From: Eledone cirrhosa
Taxonomy: Eukaryota
Assembly: GCA_964016885.1 (NCBI GenBank)
Contig: OZ024749.1
Span: 49,228,001-49,292,000, forward strand
Length of the DNA stretch: 64,000 nucleotides
Direction: 5' to 3'
Within the stretch, counting starts at the first letter, position 1; each line of letters opens with the position of its first letter. Shown piece by piece: positions 1-17,150 of this stretch. Under the pieces are notes generated by a model, which saw nothing but the letters and a program-made list of their open reading frames with translations, was not told where the DNA came from and ran no database searches. The position numbers were made by a program, and so were the translations under genes.

Positions 1-5
1 CATTG

Positions 6-72
<67 letters not shown>

Positions 73-76
<4 letters not shown>

Positions 77-228
77 GAAGAAATAATTAGGAAGCTCTGA
101 TGATTTCTCCCGAATGAAACAGATCTAATCCTGTAGAAACCATTTCTATATTAAATATTTATACTCTGCTATGTATTGAGTACCTTACTTTCAGTGGTTA
201 ACCCTGATTGAACCCGGGTTAAACTGAT
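73..228 (+). mobile_element. Short (TA)n-flanked PLE pseudo-LTR-type fragment with degenerate hammerhead and TACTC/GAGTAC stem
   Basis: CTGATGA-tttctcccgaat-GAAAC at 97-120. Related copies at ~24145-24180 (+) and ~31978-32015 (-). TACTC(162)...GAGTAC(178). TA repeats on both sides. Confidence 0.55.
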
Positions 229-761
229 ATATATATATGTATATATACATATAGGTGGGGTGTATGTGTATATGTGTGTTTGTGTATATCTGTGTGAGTG
301 TATGAATATATATATAAGCAAATATGAGGATAGCTTGAATAAGAATGAAAGATAAGGAATATACATATATGATGAAAAGCAATTCATCAGCATTGATCCA
401 ACAAAGATTATTAGATGAAAAGTGTGCACGAAGAGAATACAGATAATGAAACAGATATGTGAACGTAAATGATGGTGGGACCGAGATACAGGCGTACGAA
501 TCATTTTCTTGATTTAACACTTGAGATATATAAACTAAAATACTAACGTGTTTTCATTTAACACTGCTCATATAATTACTTATTAAAATTTCACGGCACA
601 ATTTTTCAAAATCTTTATAAAAAGAACAATCAAATCTGCATTCACTAGTCTATTAGAAATAAAAATAAAGTATGTTCAATGTCACACTTCTTATACTATC
701 TTATAATTAGTTCTCACCTATGTAAGTGCTTTTATGCTTCGATATATTTTTCATTTTGCCT

Positions 762-865
<104 letters not shown>

Positions 866-924
866 CATACATACATATATTGTATACATATGTACACACA
901 TATACATTTATACACACATATATG

Positions 925-960
<36 letters not shown>

Positions 961-2597
961 CACGCAAATACACAACCATATATATATATATATATATATA
1001 TATATTGAACATACGTATCTATATTACTTCATGACGATCAGCATAAACACTATTAAATTATGATGGAATATCAATAGAAAAAAAAGTTCGTAAAAAATAA
1101 ATGAAATATTAATATTCGTCGTATCAATACACCGAGAGATTTTTGCATTAGAAATAAGGCAAATTAATTAATATCTTGTTTTCTGTAGATGCCGATTCTT
1201 CTATTATTAATTTTCATCTAATTTAAATAATTGATTTATTTATCATTAAATTTTCTTATTTGATTATTCGTCATTTTACTTCGTTTTTTTTACATTCTTT
1301 CATGTTTTGTCTTCGAGCCATCTATCACTGTGCAATATGGTTTGTGTCTTTCAAGTGTTACTTTCTTTAACATGCTAATCTTTTTATTATTGCTTCGTTT
1401 GTCTTTCTATCTACTGATACTTTTAAACTAAACAAAGCAAAAATAATGTGTGTTTTTTCTTGTTTCCTTCTCTTTCTTAAACCAAACAATACGTGAATAT
1501 GGATGACGATATGAATTACCATACATATTTGCATTATTTCGTTTATCTGCAGAAAATTATGTGTGTGTGTCCCTGTGTTTCTGTGTATATGTACAACACT
1601 TTCAATATTGTTGGAAACAATACGATGACAAAAATAAAGTCATTATACATCGGATGAATTGCCATATTGTATGTATCTCAATAGGTGACATCGCTCCACA
1701 ATGCATTAAAGAAAATATGGATGACTCAAATTGCACAATAAAACACTCCTATAAACTAATCATAAATGTAGAATACCAGGTTGAAATCGCTTATGAATCG
1801 AAAGAATGTGCATGCGGGGGAAATCATTAGGTAACAAAAACATAGCACAAGTATCTCTGAATCTGTCAGTGTGTAACTGTAAAGGTTTTACAGAGAGGGA
1901 GAATAGTATTTAGAAATGAACATCCATCGGAAAATGTCTTCAGAACAAAGTACCTTGCGGTGTTTTGTTACATACCTTCAATGAAATAAGTTCCAACTGT
2001 GCTGAGATTGACTATAAATGACATGAAACATTTAAATCTAGAATAAATAAATGACTACCAGTCGAATAATGAATTCGATATAATTGATTGTATTCCAATA
2101 TTAAAAATAGGCATCAATCGGTTCCAACTCTAGAGCTACATGAATATAAATATATATATACACAAGTCTACAAAACAGTTATAGCAACAGGTCTTATATA
2201 ATATACACACCACTTTAAAAATGTGCTTTGGTTATAAGAATCAAATTCACCGCGATGTTCAACTGGCGGAACTTCACAAATCTAATAAAATATACATCAT
2301 TCTATCAAACCTATTTAGCTTTACGGTTGTAATAAATATACATTTCTTTAAAATAATTTATTACGAATATATTAAGTGATGAAAAATAGATTTATTGAGA
2401 AAGATGTCAGAAGTAGGTGGGTTTTATCTGTGATGAGAGCACCCGTGGCATCCACTGTCATGTATATAAGGTTGGAGGAAGTGACAGAGAGAGGTAGAAA
2501 GAAGGAAAGAGAGTGATGTATACAGAGAAAGGCAGAGAAAGAAATCGAGATACATATAGAAAGATAGAGAGAGAGAAAGAGAAATGCATACAGACAA

Positions 2598-2720
<123 letters not shown>

Positions 2721-2755
2721 CAGATAGATAGATAGATAGATAGTTAGATAGATAT

Positions 2756-2805
<50 letters not shown>

Positions 2806-3353
2806 GGATAGGTAGAGAGAGAGAATGAATGAAAAGGAAATTAAGAGCATCACTGTTCGAAAAGACGAGGTAGATTGCAATGGAATTTTACTTTAAAGTT
2901 AAAGGAGAGAACACATACCGAAACATTTTTACGATATTCTAATTATTCCCTCAATCAACCTACTTGTGTTGTTTATTATAGGAAATAGAAGTTGACACTG
3001 GGATAAATATGCTAATTCATCTTGTGAGAAACTTTAAAGATTTTTGTCAATTGGCCATCTATGTTTGGGTCCAAAGAACAAAAACAACAAAGTTTTGCAC
3101 TCTTGTGTTGCTGACAATAAATAAAAGTACAGGCAGAGTGACAATCGACATATCTTCAACCAGGTCAAATTGTTTGCTTTACGGCCACAATATAATGACG
3201 GAATGTCCGATATATTCCTACAACTTTGATTAAAATATGGAATTATTCACACCACACAGGATATCAGAGATTAACGATGACAAGCTATGCTGGTAATATT
3301 ACAAATAATAAATCTAAGTAATATTGAAATGGATATGTATCTATCTATCAATC

Positions 3354-3391
<38 letters not shown>

Positions 3392-4520
3392 ATATATATA
3401 TATCCTAGAAATATGTAATATCGATACACACCTGCATATGTATGTGCATTTAGGAGTATCGACCTATCTGAATTTCCATTGGTGAATCGATTCTAAAGTC
3501 ATATCTCAAAATGAATGATGAGATATGTATCAAAGACACCGTTGTATGATGATTAATTAAATCAATCTTTTCATGTATCTGTTGCTTCCTCGGCCTCCGA
3601 ATTCTCTCGATGTTAGACACACACATATATGTTTATGTAGATAGATAGATATGAATATGTCTACATGTGTTGTGTTCTTTTAAGTTTTCAGTCATTAGAC
3701 TTGCCTTAACCAACTAAACGAGACACACGAATACGTAGCTTTGTACGTAACCAGAAACATTCATAGACACAGATAGGAAATAAAATAAGATCATAAAATA
3801 TATAGCTATACAGCTTTGGACATTTTCATATCACGATATAATCCATTGAATAAATGCAGTGATAAATTAGAATGATTCACCTTCACCCTTTTGTTCCTGG
3901 TTGGAGGGTCTTGTGTGTAGTCTCCTCAAATACACCATACATCTTCTATCAGAAGCGAGATAACCCAGTTCCAGAATGCTATCAAAACATATTGCTCAAG
4001 GTCTTCTGCTGGTTGCTGTTGCACGTAAAGTCTCTGGAATGATTCTTTCCTGAGACCTTGCTTTAAGTATGAAGTCTTATATGTGTCCCACAGGTAGATT
4101 GTAATGTAATATATAATCATACTTCACGCTATTGAGGTGCTGAGTTATACGATTTCATTTGGGTATTAAACATGTTGAACATATATTAACAGTAGGATAT
4201 GCAAATCATGTTACTGTGTTTGTGGTTTCAGTTACATCTGTGAAATATGCATGCCTCCACATATAAATGATTATCTTGTATTTGCTAGCAACATTATATC
4301 TAAAGGGGGAAACACATTTATTATTGGTTATCAAATATAACCATTAACATTGCGGGAAACATTACTTAATCAATCTAATTTTATGATTATCCCGTTAGAA
4401 CTCAGCTTGATAGAGGACTGGGTTTATTTAGGAGCCCAACATTTGTCCCTCGATTTTGTATATCTTTCTCTGTAGATTCATTCATACCATACTTCTATTA
4501 ACGTATTCAGTGCTCAAAGG

Positions 4521-4593
<73 letters not shown>

Positions 4594-5167
4594 CAAATAC
4601 TGTGTGCATATATAAGCTTTAAGAAAACTCCTATAATCATACTGTTCACGTGTGTGTGTGTGTATGTGTGTATTACAAAATGGTGGATAACGTAAGCGTG
4701 TAGTGCACTACACAAATCTAAAACATCAAAACATATATGTGAGTATGTCTGCCTATGTGCACCATATGTGTGTTTAATGGCATTCAGAAACTCCCATGGA
4801 ACCAGATAATTACAATCCATTATGAGATATTTACCGTCCATTATTGATAAACCAAATCTCTAAAAGGAAATGTATTTTGAAAAAAAAAACGCTAGATCAG
4901 ATTTTGTAAAGAAAAAGAAATATAATGACAATGCATGGCAGAGTAATCGATTACATTCTTGCGATTCATAAGGTTGGTAATAATGTTATGATTACCCCAC
5001 GTCATATCATGGCTTGATTGCTCAATCGCCGAATATTCCATTAAATATATTCGCACAAACATATGTTCTCATACATACAGTTATAAAACACAGATAGGCA
5101 CACACATGTATGTTTCAATCTACGTTTCCGCACACACACACATATACATATATATACATATATTTAT

Positions 5168-5259
<92 letters not shown>

Positions 5260-5379
5260 ATAAATATATATATATATGTATATGTGTGTGTGTGCGGAAA
5301 CATTATAGTGCGGATGAAACAATGTTAGCAAGTAAAGATATGCATATGCTATAAGCGTTCTTTGTTATTTATTTATTAT

Positions 5380-6091
<712 letters not shown>

Positions 6092-6285
6092 AACGAAGGA
6101 AATGTGGTAAGGAACCAGGTGGACCATAACGCACCAAAGTACTCAATACTTGAGGTAGTAGAGTGGGTAATAGGAACCAGTAAGACCCCGACAGCTGAGC
6201 TCAAGCCGTTTCGACGGCTAATTCTAGTCCAGAATTAGCCGTCGAAAGGGCTTGAGCTCAGCTGTCGGGGTCTTACTGGTTCCTA
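6092..6285 (-). mobile_element. Non-autonomous fold-back element, family B, copy 1, inserted in (TA)n
   Basis: Inverted arms ~6171-6225 / 6231-6285. Homologous to 22385-22595 and 52063-52263. TA tracts on both sides. Confidence 0.8.
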
Positions 6286-6310
6286 TATATATATATATAT
6301 ATATACATAC

Positions 6311-6375
<65 letters not shown>

Positions 6376-6452
6376 CATATATATATACATACATATATAT
6401 ATATATATACATATACATACATATATATATACATACATACATATATATATAT

Positions 6453-6528
<76 letters not shown>

Positions 6529-7721
6529 ATGTGTGTCTGTATGTGCATGAGTGTGTGTGTGTGTATGCGTGTGTGTATGAGTGTGTGTGTGTGTGTGTGA
6601 GAGAGAGTGTATGTGTGTGCATGTGTGGAAGTATGAGTCAGATGGAGAATTGTGAGTGATAATGGGAGAGTAGACATCTAAAGACAGTTACTTTTCAATG
6701 TATGATACGTACTGCTACATTTATTGCTACCACAAATTTCTATTCGTTAGATAACCACATCAACCTATCACTGTGACCTCGCAAAATTGTCTCTTTCTGC
6801 ATATTTTCCGTCACTTCCATTCTCACTACCATCTTTGTTACTTGTTTTTAACAAAATCATTGATATTAACTCGCACGGATATTAGCAAAGTTAAAACCTT
6901 TCCGCATTTTTCTTCATGCTATGGCCATTCACTGCATTTGTCTGAGAACAATATTATTTCAGTAAATACAGGACACACCATCCCCACTGTACATCTGTCA
7001 TGAAATCATTTGTCTTGTGCTTTTAACTGAAATTTCATAGCAGCATTTATATTATCAAAGATCGAAGAGGAACGAAGACATTTTTTTAAAATGCTACATC
7101 AAAATTACAAATGTACATCAACAATAGCGTGACAACATATAGTTCGTGTTTCTAATGAACCTCAATGCTTGTCTTACATTTGGCAAAGATTTTGTAGTGT
7201 CAAATTAAATATGAATATATAGACATATTTAAAGTACCTCGGCAAATGAGATACAATTACAGAATATAAAACAAAAATGATTTACACGATGCACAAGGGA
7301 ACTTCAATAAATATGTGAAAAAATATGATAAAACTAAGAGGATTCTACAGAGGATAAACTAAGAGGATTTCTATAGTTTTATAGATGAATAAGAAGCAAA
7401 TGATGAACGTAAAAAGTGTTGTAAAACAATGGCCATTGGTTGAAAAATCTAAAATATATATCATTAAATTTTACGGTTCTGAATTTGTAGAAATAGTATC
7501 TGGAAATAAACCAATAAAATTACTACAGATAAAAATATGTTCAACACGCCATAGAACAATATGTTACGATCATCAGGGACGAAGAAAATGTCCATGCCGC
7601 TAAGGAGAAATTAAAGTCAGCTGTCGAGATGCGAGATAACTCACATGTATAAATGCACACATATATATATATACACACACTTGCATATATATTTATTCGT
7701 ACCACACACATATATATATAT

Positions 7722-7769
<48 letters not shown>

Positions 7770-7771
<2 letters not shown>

Positions 7772-8000
7772 CGAATACATCACTTTACTGGATATTTTGC
7801 GTTTATTGAGCAAGTTTGTTGTTTGTGTATAACTTTCTCCTTTGCTCAGGCTAATCAAGAAATCCTGGATAATTACCGGTGGTGCTTCCTTGCTTCATAT
7901 GAATAATCCACGAATACATTGTAGTAAATGTATATCTAATATAGGTTGTATAAATTCGAAAGTCTCAAGTCTGACTTGAGCCAGGCGTCTCATCAGTCAA
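7770..8000 (-). mobile_element. Old degenerate PLE pLTR-like fragment (decayed HHR plus decayed pseudoknot module)
   Basis: Minus strand CTGATGA...ctcaagtc-a-gacttgag...GAAT. Downstream gtattc...gaagcac stem with loop tggattatt pairing to aattatcca. Ends at a TA tract. Confidence 0.35.
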
Positions 8001-9779
8001 TTGCTTATAACGGTTTCGGTGGTGTAAAGCGACTGAAAGTAGAAGAATTCTCCCTGGACAGCATGCCAGATCATAAAAGGATACACTCCCAAGCATTGCT
8101 GGTATTCATTTTCAGCTGAGTATACAATGAAAAATGAAGTGATTTGCCAACTACTCATGACGTTATATTTCAATTTTTGCAGTTGATATTTATCAATTGC
8201 CACAACGACTAAACAAATTTCTCGGACTTATAATAAATGTTGCTTTCCTATATGGTGTACATATCTCCTTTTGGGATTTATAATAATATCACTGCAAATA
8301 TATTTGAGTTAGTTCAATTCAACATAATTCTGACGTATAATGTATTGTCTTAAATTAAGTTCACCATGATAACCTGTATTCTTATAAACATGAAATCCAT
8401 TCAGACAAATAACAACATAAATACATACAATCTCATATCACCATAAACATATGTATATAATGGCGTGTGTAAATATGTATTTCTCTGTGTACACATTCTT
8501 TGATCATATCACTATTTATTAATTAGACCATCAATGGAGCCATCATTTGGGGAGTGAGTCATGATTTTGTCTATTATGGTTTTGATCAAACATTTTTAAC
8601 TGCATGCCCCACTCATTATTAATTACATCTAATTATGTTTATCCTAATCAATACGGGTGTAATTTGAATCGATTAAATTACTTTAACTAGTGTTTGTCTT
8701 TTTAAATAGAAGGCGTATATATATTGTGTTGATGTTGTGTTGATATTGTGCATAAATTAAGGAATATCTGACAAAATGATTCCAGCTTCAGGTTCTGTAT
8801 TTTAGAGTGTTGCCGGATTAGACATCTTTTCCAATCGCAGGAGAAAAAGAAAGCAATATTCGCAATCAACTATTAGACTTTAATCGATTATACTTATATT
8901 TAAAATATAACGGACGCTATGCTCAATTTAGAAGGATTGTTTGAATCAATATTGCAACGTATACAACATATATATATTATCCAAATAAATAGAATGTAAA
9001 TACAATTTGTACTGAAGTACACCGAATGGGTTTGAAAACAAACATAGATAAATACACATAGACATCAATAGATCCACGTACACTATACTACCATACATAC
9101 GTTGATTTGATAATATTATTTGTGCACGTATTCAAATTAACCTCCTAACATATTTTATCTAGGCACACTTGGGACAATGGATGTAATAATGGATCTATGG
9201 AAATCACTGATCTTTATCAAATGTTTACTATATTGACATTAATTTAAAAAGTTATGAAATTAATACCATATAGTGATGTTTTCAACTTATGCTCTAGTAA
9301 ACTCTATGTATCATATTCCAGCATAAAACCAAGCTGAAAAATCTCCGATATATTTATTGGAACAAATGCGGTCATAAACAAAATGAGATAGAAAAGCAAG
9401 AAGAATAGAGCACGAAAACCATTATGGAGATGGGATACTATCAATGTCGAGTATTTGAGGAGAGACATGAGCTGGCACATATTCTCAAAAACATTTTCTG
9501 AAATTCACAGTGGCAGCCTATCTCTCAAGAAGGTATTCCAAAAATTATGGCAAATGGAGAAAATAGGAATGTCACAACACAACAATAACAAAAGTAACAA
9601 AACAATCAGCATAGCCGTTACTGATAAATGACAAATGACATAGTAGGGTAATATTTACGAAGACATGTTCGTGAAAGGAATGCATTTGTATGGATGTGAG
9701 CCATTTCGGGAAAGCCATTTATCATTTCTTTGCATGTTAAGATGTAAAAAATAAACGAAGTCATGTGTATGAACATTAT

Positions 9780-9809
9780 ATATAAATATAAATAATGTAT
9801 ATAAATATA

Positions 9810-9866
<57 letters not shown>

Positions 9867-9880
9867 ATATTTATATGTAT

Positions 9881-9926
<46 letters not shown>

Positions 9927-9940
9927 ATGTTTATATGTAT

Positions 9941-10023
<83 letters not shown>

Positions 10024-10161
10024 TATGTCCATATATATGTGTATATTTATATGTATATACATATATATATATACATATATGCATATATATTATATGTGTA
10101 TATTTATATGTATATATATATATATATAAATATATGCATATATATATATATGTGTGTATAT

Positions 10162-10216
<55 letters not shown>

Positions 10217-10239
10217 TATGCATATATATATGTGTATAT

Positions 10240-10322
<83 letters not shown>

Positions 10323-10411
10323 TATGCATATATATATGTGTATATTTATATGTATATATATATATAAATATATACATACATATATATATATATATATGTA
10401 TAAATATATGC

Positions 10412-10442
<31 letters not shown>

Positions 10443-10464
10443 GATATATATACATATATATATA

Positions 10465-10511
<47 letters not shown>

Positions 10512-10554
10512 ATATATTTATATATATTTACATATATATATATACAGAAAAAAA

Positions 10555-10628
<74 letters not shown>

Positions 10629-10650
10629 ATATATACACACACAGAGATGT
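9780..10650. repeat. Compound (TA)n/(TG)n minisatellite-like tract
   Basis: TA runs with a recurring aaatatatgcatata...gtgtatatttatatg unit. Confidence 0.9.
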
Positions 10651-11754
10651 ATATATGTATATATATATACACCAATTTTTTATGCTTACACGTATTTCTG
10701 TCTAGGATTGATGTCTCAAGTCACGTCTTATTTTCGATTTATTTACCAACACCATCAAATAAAACCATTCTGAAATATTTATGTATATCTGTGAAGCTAC
10801 TATGTTTCTCAGTAGGGATTCCTAATCGTGTATTATGTACTGGGGCGTGATAATGTGTAAAACGCCTGCAACTAAATGTTCACTCAGCCAGAAACTTCTG
10901 TTCAATTGAAATAAGGAAACAAAATAAGAAGAATCAGATAACAAGAATGTAAAACGAAGTGAGAGAAAGCAAGAAAGAGACAGTGAGAGACAAAGAAGCA
11001 GATACATAAATATCAAATCAAAGAAACAAACTAAAACACAAACACAAATTCATACAGTGAATTGCTATTCTGAAATGTAAAAACAAAATAAATATTCTGA
11101 AACTGGAATTCTTGTTTTGCATCAGTATTTTTGAGATCTTAATTTCAGTAGTACGTATGAAAATATCATCCTTTTATGACATAGCTTTTTTTATATTGAT
11201 GTTTTTGTTTCTTTTTTTCTGTATTCTCATAAAGCTTTTTTCTCTTTTTTCTCTTTTTTTTTTACTCTTTATGTCAATTCTCTTTATTATTGTACAGATA
11301 AACTGTATTATTGTTGCATGTGAAAATTGTGCAAAGTATATTAGATATTTTATCTATCTGCACATAAAAGAAAAAGCAAAATTGAAATGTGTAAAATTCA
11401 TTCTTAATTCAAAGTTTCACATATAGTAGTGTGGCATCAAACTAAGATTTGACGCAAGATAGAATTTTATGTTAAACATCAAAGCACACAGCGTCTTGTA
11501 TTGTCTGAAACTTTAGAATTAGTATAAATAATACAATTTGTAAAACACCCTTTTTTATATATCTCAATATGACAGGAGGCACGAGAAAAGCGAACAAAAA
11601 TAGAACACTGTATATTGAGCATTATTTGTGAATAGATTTAAAGGAAATAATCGCAACTAGCTGTATTGATATTCTAAAGTACATATCATTCAATATTGTA
11701 ACAATTCTTATCTCATAATGTGAAAGGCTCGTCTTGAAGATTACTATTAAATAT

Positions 11755-11930
11755 CAGCGGTTAGTCAAATGGTATTGATTCATTTTCGATTCAGATTCGG
11801 TAAAACGCCATGAGTTCAAATCCCGCCGACGTTAAATTGTATCTTTCATCCTTAAGGGATAGATAAAATAAAGCACCAGTAATTCACTGAGATAATTGCT
11901 GGCCTTGTGTCAAAAGTACAAGCAATTATT
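11755..11930 (+). mobile_element. tRNA-derived SINE (cephalopod-type), degenerate
   Basis: B-box-like GAGTTCAAATCCC at ~11813, then tttcatcc...gataaaataaagcaccagta. Reverse-complement homologous to copies at 26752 and 33660. Confidence 0.65.
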
Positions 11931-13821
11931 AAGCTACTTCTCGTTACGTCCTGATTTCAAATCAGATGGACATCATGTTTCATTTTTTCGGGGACTCGAC
12001 AAAATGAAGCACCAGTAAAGTTATGTGGTCGATATAGACGCCCAAATGTTTCTGACCTCATGTTTATGATATAAATCATCATTATTATCATTGTTATGAA
12101 CCACTTTCAATACAATAACCTTAAATGATGTTGAGTAGCGTTTGAAATATGCACACTTCTTCTTTCTAGAGTACACTTGACAGAACGATAACAAATATAT
12201 TCTGGAAGACATAACTATTGCTTTCTCTAAAATGGTCATTCTATGAATAAGTAAATGAATAAGCAAATGTGCTCATGATATCTCTCGTTAGTATTCAGTA
12301 ATACAGAGCATGGGATTTACATGAAATATTATTTATATCTATATCGTTTTTCATTATGGACAGATTTTACAGGCAAATGGAAATGACAAGGAACCTATAC
12401 GTAGACAAGTAACAATGTCATTGGATAAAATACAGGAACACTGTATCGCTTGGGAATTCAGCTGGGGTAGTTATGGAAGGTTGCATTTGATAGTACCACC
12501 TTGACGGTGAATCTGAGAATTCTTCGGTTAGAGTCCTCGCAGGAATGCCTGGACGAAAAAGTAAAAGGACATGAATAGGGAAAAGATGGAAGTGAAAAAG
12601 AAATATATGCTATTTAGTTACTGATGTAACTTCAGAACTACAATACAGCGTATCATTCTACTTGTTTATACATATATGTTCGCCTTTTACAAGCGATAAG
12701 CTAGTCATCTAAAATAAACGTCAGTGTGATGGAGGGGCCGTCTAGTTGCGTGGAAAAGCAGGAAACAACAGTGAAACAGCTTCAACAGAACTGACTACAC
12801 ATAAACTAGTATAATATAGTTTTCTGTCACCCTGAAGCGATATATAAGTGAAGCTTAAGTAACAAAAATAACATAACGCAATATAGAGGGAATGATGCAT
12901 AGGAGCTCTGTCAACTGTGTGAAATAGATATGGTGTTATCTTTCCAGGAGACGTTGTATTGTACAAAATAATATTTCATATTTACACGATGTTTTACTTT
13001 ATATTAGACATATAACTACAAATAAATACAAACAGCATTATTTAATTCAATTATTTTTATTTTCAATATTAGTTGTCTTGAATTTGTCTACTTCACTATT
13101 TACAACAAACGAAAAACAACAAAACAACACGAAATGGCGCCAATAATATTGAATCCTTTCCTTGTTGAGAACACTCCTATATTGTTTCTATCTGGTAAAT
13201 AATTTAACTTCGCTTTCCGTCTTAGATGAATTTTATTAGAACTAGTTTTTTTCATTAAAAAATGTATTCCATTTTATATACGCACACAAGCGTTCACACA
13301 TAAATACAAAAAATACGTGCACATCATACACTCTCTCTATCACACACACACACAGAAACATACACATATATATGAGTTTATGTGTATTACGTGTGCATAT
13401 GAATCGTATATATACACAGCAATCTCCATATATGTGGAAACTTGGGTTTTGGTATGAGTCACAATGCAAGCTTAATACAATAAGTGCTGTGCAATTTCGA
13501 TGGCATCCTTTCTATTCACATAGAATGAAATAGAATGAAATTACAGATTCTTCTTTATAAATTCAATATAATTTCAATTTTCGTAAATTTATAGAGAGAA
13601 ATAATACCTGCGCTTTAATAAAATTTAGACACGAGCACGAATGAAGTAATGCAGCCTAGCATTATCTAGCAATTAATACCTTAATGGGAAACATCATACA
13701 CTTAGCTTATTGAAGTTAGAAACATATTCAAGAATAATACGATAAGAACGTGCATTTCCCATTAAAAAATCGCTGCGAATTTTATATACGAGAAATTGAC
13801 AAACACATACACCAATTACCC

Positions 13822-15474
<1,653 letters not shown>

Positions 15475-15937
15475 TACAATATTAAATAAATGGAAAACTA
15501 TATTTATAAAACCATATTTATTTCATTATATATATTTCGGGGATATCATATTAACAATACGCTATGCCTTCATCAGACAAAATACAATATAAACAGTTTT
15601 ATAGATAAATATATTCGACATACCGTAATAAACATCAACTTCATTTGAAGAGGTTCACTCTAGCAGTGAACCTCTTCAAATGAAGTTGATGTTTATTACG
15701 GTATGTCGAATATATTTATCTATAAAACTGTTTATATTGTATTTTGTCTGATGAAGGCATAGCATATTGTTAATATGATATCCCCGAAATATATATAATG
15801 AAATAAATATGGTTTTATAAATATAGTTTTCCATTTATTTAATATTGTAAATATACTCCAAGTATTTGTCGAGTGCTTTTATATCAGTTATAAATATTTA
15901 CTAGTTGTAACCCAACAATTTTAAATATAACTTTACA
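15475..15937 (+). mobile_element. Fold-back PLE pLTR-type insert: ~185-bp near-perfect inverted arms plus 3' extension
   Basis: Arms 15475-15659 / 15665-15849 around loop CTAGC. Extension 15850-15937 carries TACTC/GAGTGC. Flanked by TA tracts. Confidence 0.85.
15741..15804 (+). ncRNA. Type-I hammerhead ribozyme motif (mirror copy on minus strand ~15520-15583)
   Basis: attttgt-CTGATGA-stem II-GAAA-tatata-TA|atgaaat. Stem I has G.U wobbles; stem III is palindromic. Confidence 0.65.
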
Positions 15938-16061
<124 letters not shown>

Positions 16062-16362
16062 AAAATACACACATATATATATATATATACACATATACAC
16101 AGATATATATATATATATATATACATGTATATGTCTACATACATATATATATATATTGTTATACTTGGGGAGGGTCATAATTGTGTAATATTGCCAGAAT
16201 TAATAACAGAACACACTCACTGTTTGGTTGGTTTTCGCTTCTCGCTTCTGTGTCTTTTATATCGGTAATCTAACTTATTCGGTCCTCAATGTTGCCATTG
16301 ACTGACGGACGGTCAAAGAATAATACAGATACAATATAGACACAAACACATATATATAGTTT

Positions 16363-16404
16363 ATCATAAATCTTTCGTTGCACATCTGCAACATCGTCAG
16401 TGGT
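16363..16404 (-). ncRNA. Minimal hammerhead ribozyme motif in PLE 3' pLTR (slightly degenerate)
   Basis: Minus strand: acca-CTGACGA-tgttgc-agatgt-gcaac-GAAA-gatt-TA|tgat. Confidence 0.6.
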
Positions 16405-16640
16405 GTTATCGTTTACTCCTGTTGTATTATATGTCTACGCCATTTTTATTCAGTCTGTCTATATATCTATTTATTTATTTGCCTCTTGTTTATTTTATTT
16501 TGTCTTCTTTGCGCATGCGTTTGCGTGTGTGTAGTGTTTTGTTTGCTGTGTGATGGGTGACTAGTGTGTGTTTATGTGCTTGTTGTTATTGTGTTTGTGT
16601 ATCTATTTATTTATTTATTTATTTTATTTTATTTACTTAT

Positions 16641-17141
16641 TTATACTTCTCTTAGGTCAGTGTTGTTTGTTTGTGTGTTGTTCTTATTCCATTCATTCTT
16701 TCTGTTTAGTCTTGGCCTTCTAATTTCTATTCCACTGGCCTCCCTGATTTGCCTATCTGCTGGGTCATTTATATGTTTAGATATTATTCTAATTTCTATG
16801 TTGTCTATGTTACCGTCATGTTGTTGTCTAGCATGTTCGTATAGTACTGACCCGTTTTTTCGTCCTTTTAGTTCCCCCCAGTGTTGGTCTATCCTTTCAC
16901 CTATGCTACGAGCTGTCTCACCTATGTATGTTGTTGTCATGTTTCTGCAAGTACCCTCTGTACATCTTATGCTATAAAATACGTTTCTAGTTTTACAGTT
17001 TATCCGGGGGTTTACCTTATATATGATACACTTCCTATTGGTACAGTGGGTTTTCTTAAAAGGGTAGGTTTTGCTGATCAGGGATTTAATGGTGGTTCCT
17101 GGCTTTTCTACCACCTTAATTTTTAAGTGGGTCTTTCTCGC
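16641..17141 (-). pseudogene. PLE GIY-YIG endonuclease C-terminal fragment
   Basis: Cys-rich linker, then NVFYSIRC...YIGETARSIGERIDQH...LYEH...RQIREA...PRLNRKNEW. The frame stays open upstream of the ORF-track start up to the TA junction, so there is no true start codon. Confidence 0.9.
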
Positions 17142-17150
17142 TATATATAT

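Larger units (their letters stand above)
16157..17142 (-). mobile_element. 5'-truncated Penelope-like retroelement (GIY-YIG end plus 3' pLTR with HHR)
   Basis: GIY-YIG ORF, downstream hammerhead-like motif, both ends in TA runs. Confidence 0.85.

Noticed and set aside
1915-1950. Minus-strand CTGAAGA with a short hairpin
   Set aside because: No GAAA core follows.
3900-4130. Minus-strand TSRRP*...ILEL resembling a restriction-like endonuclease motif of non-LTR elements
   Set aside because: Too short and interrupted by a stop; cannot be supported without a profile search.
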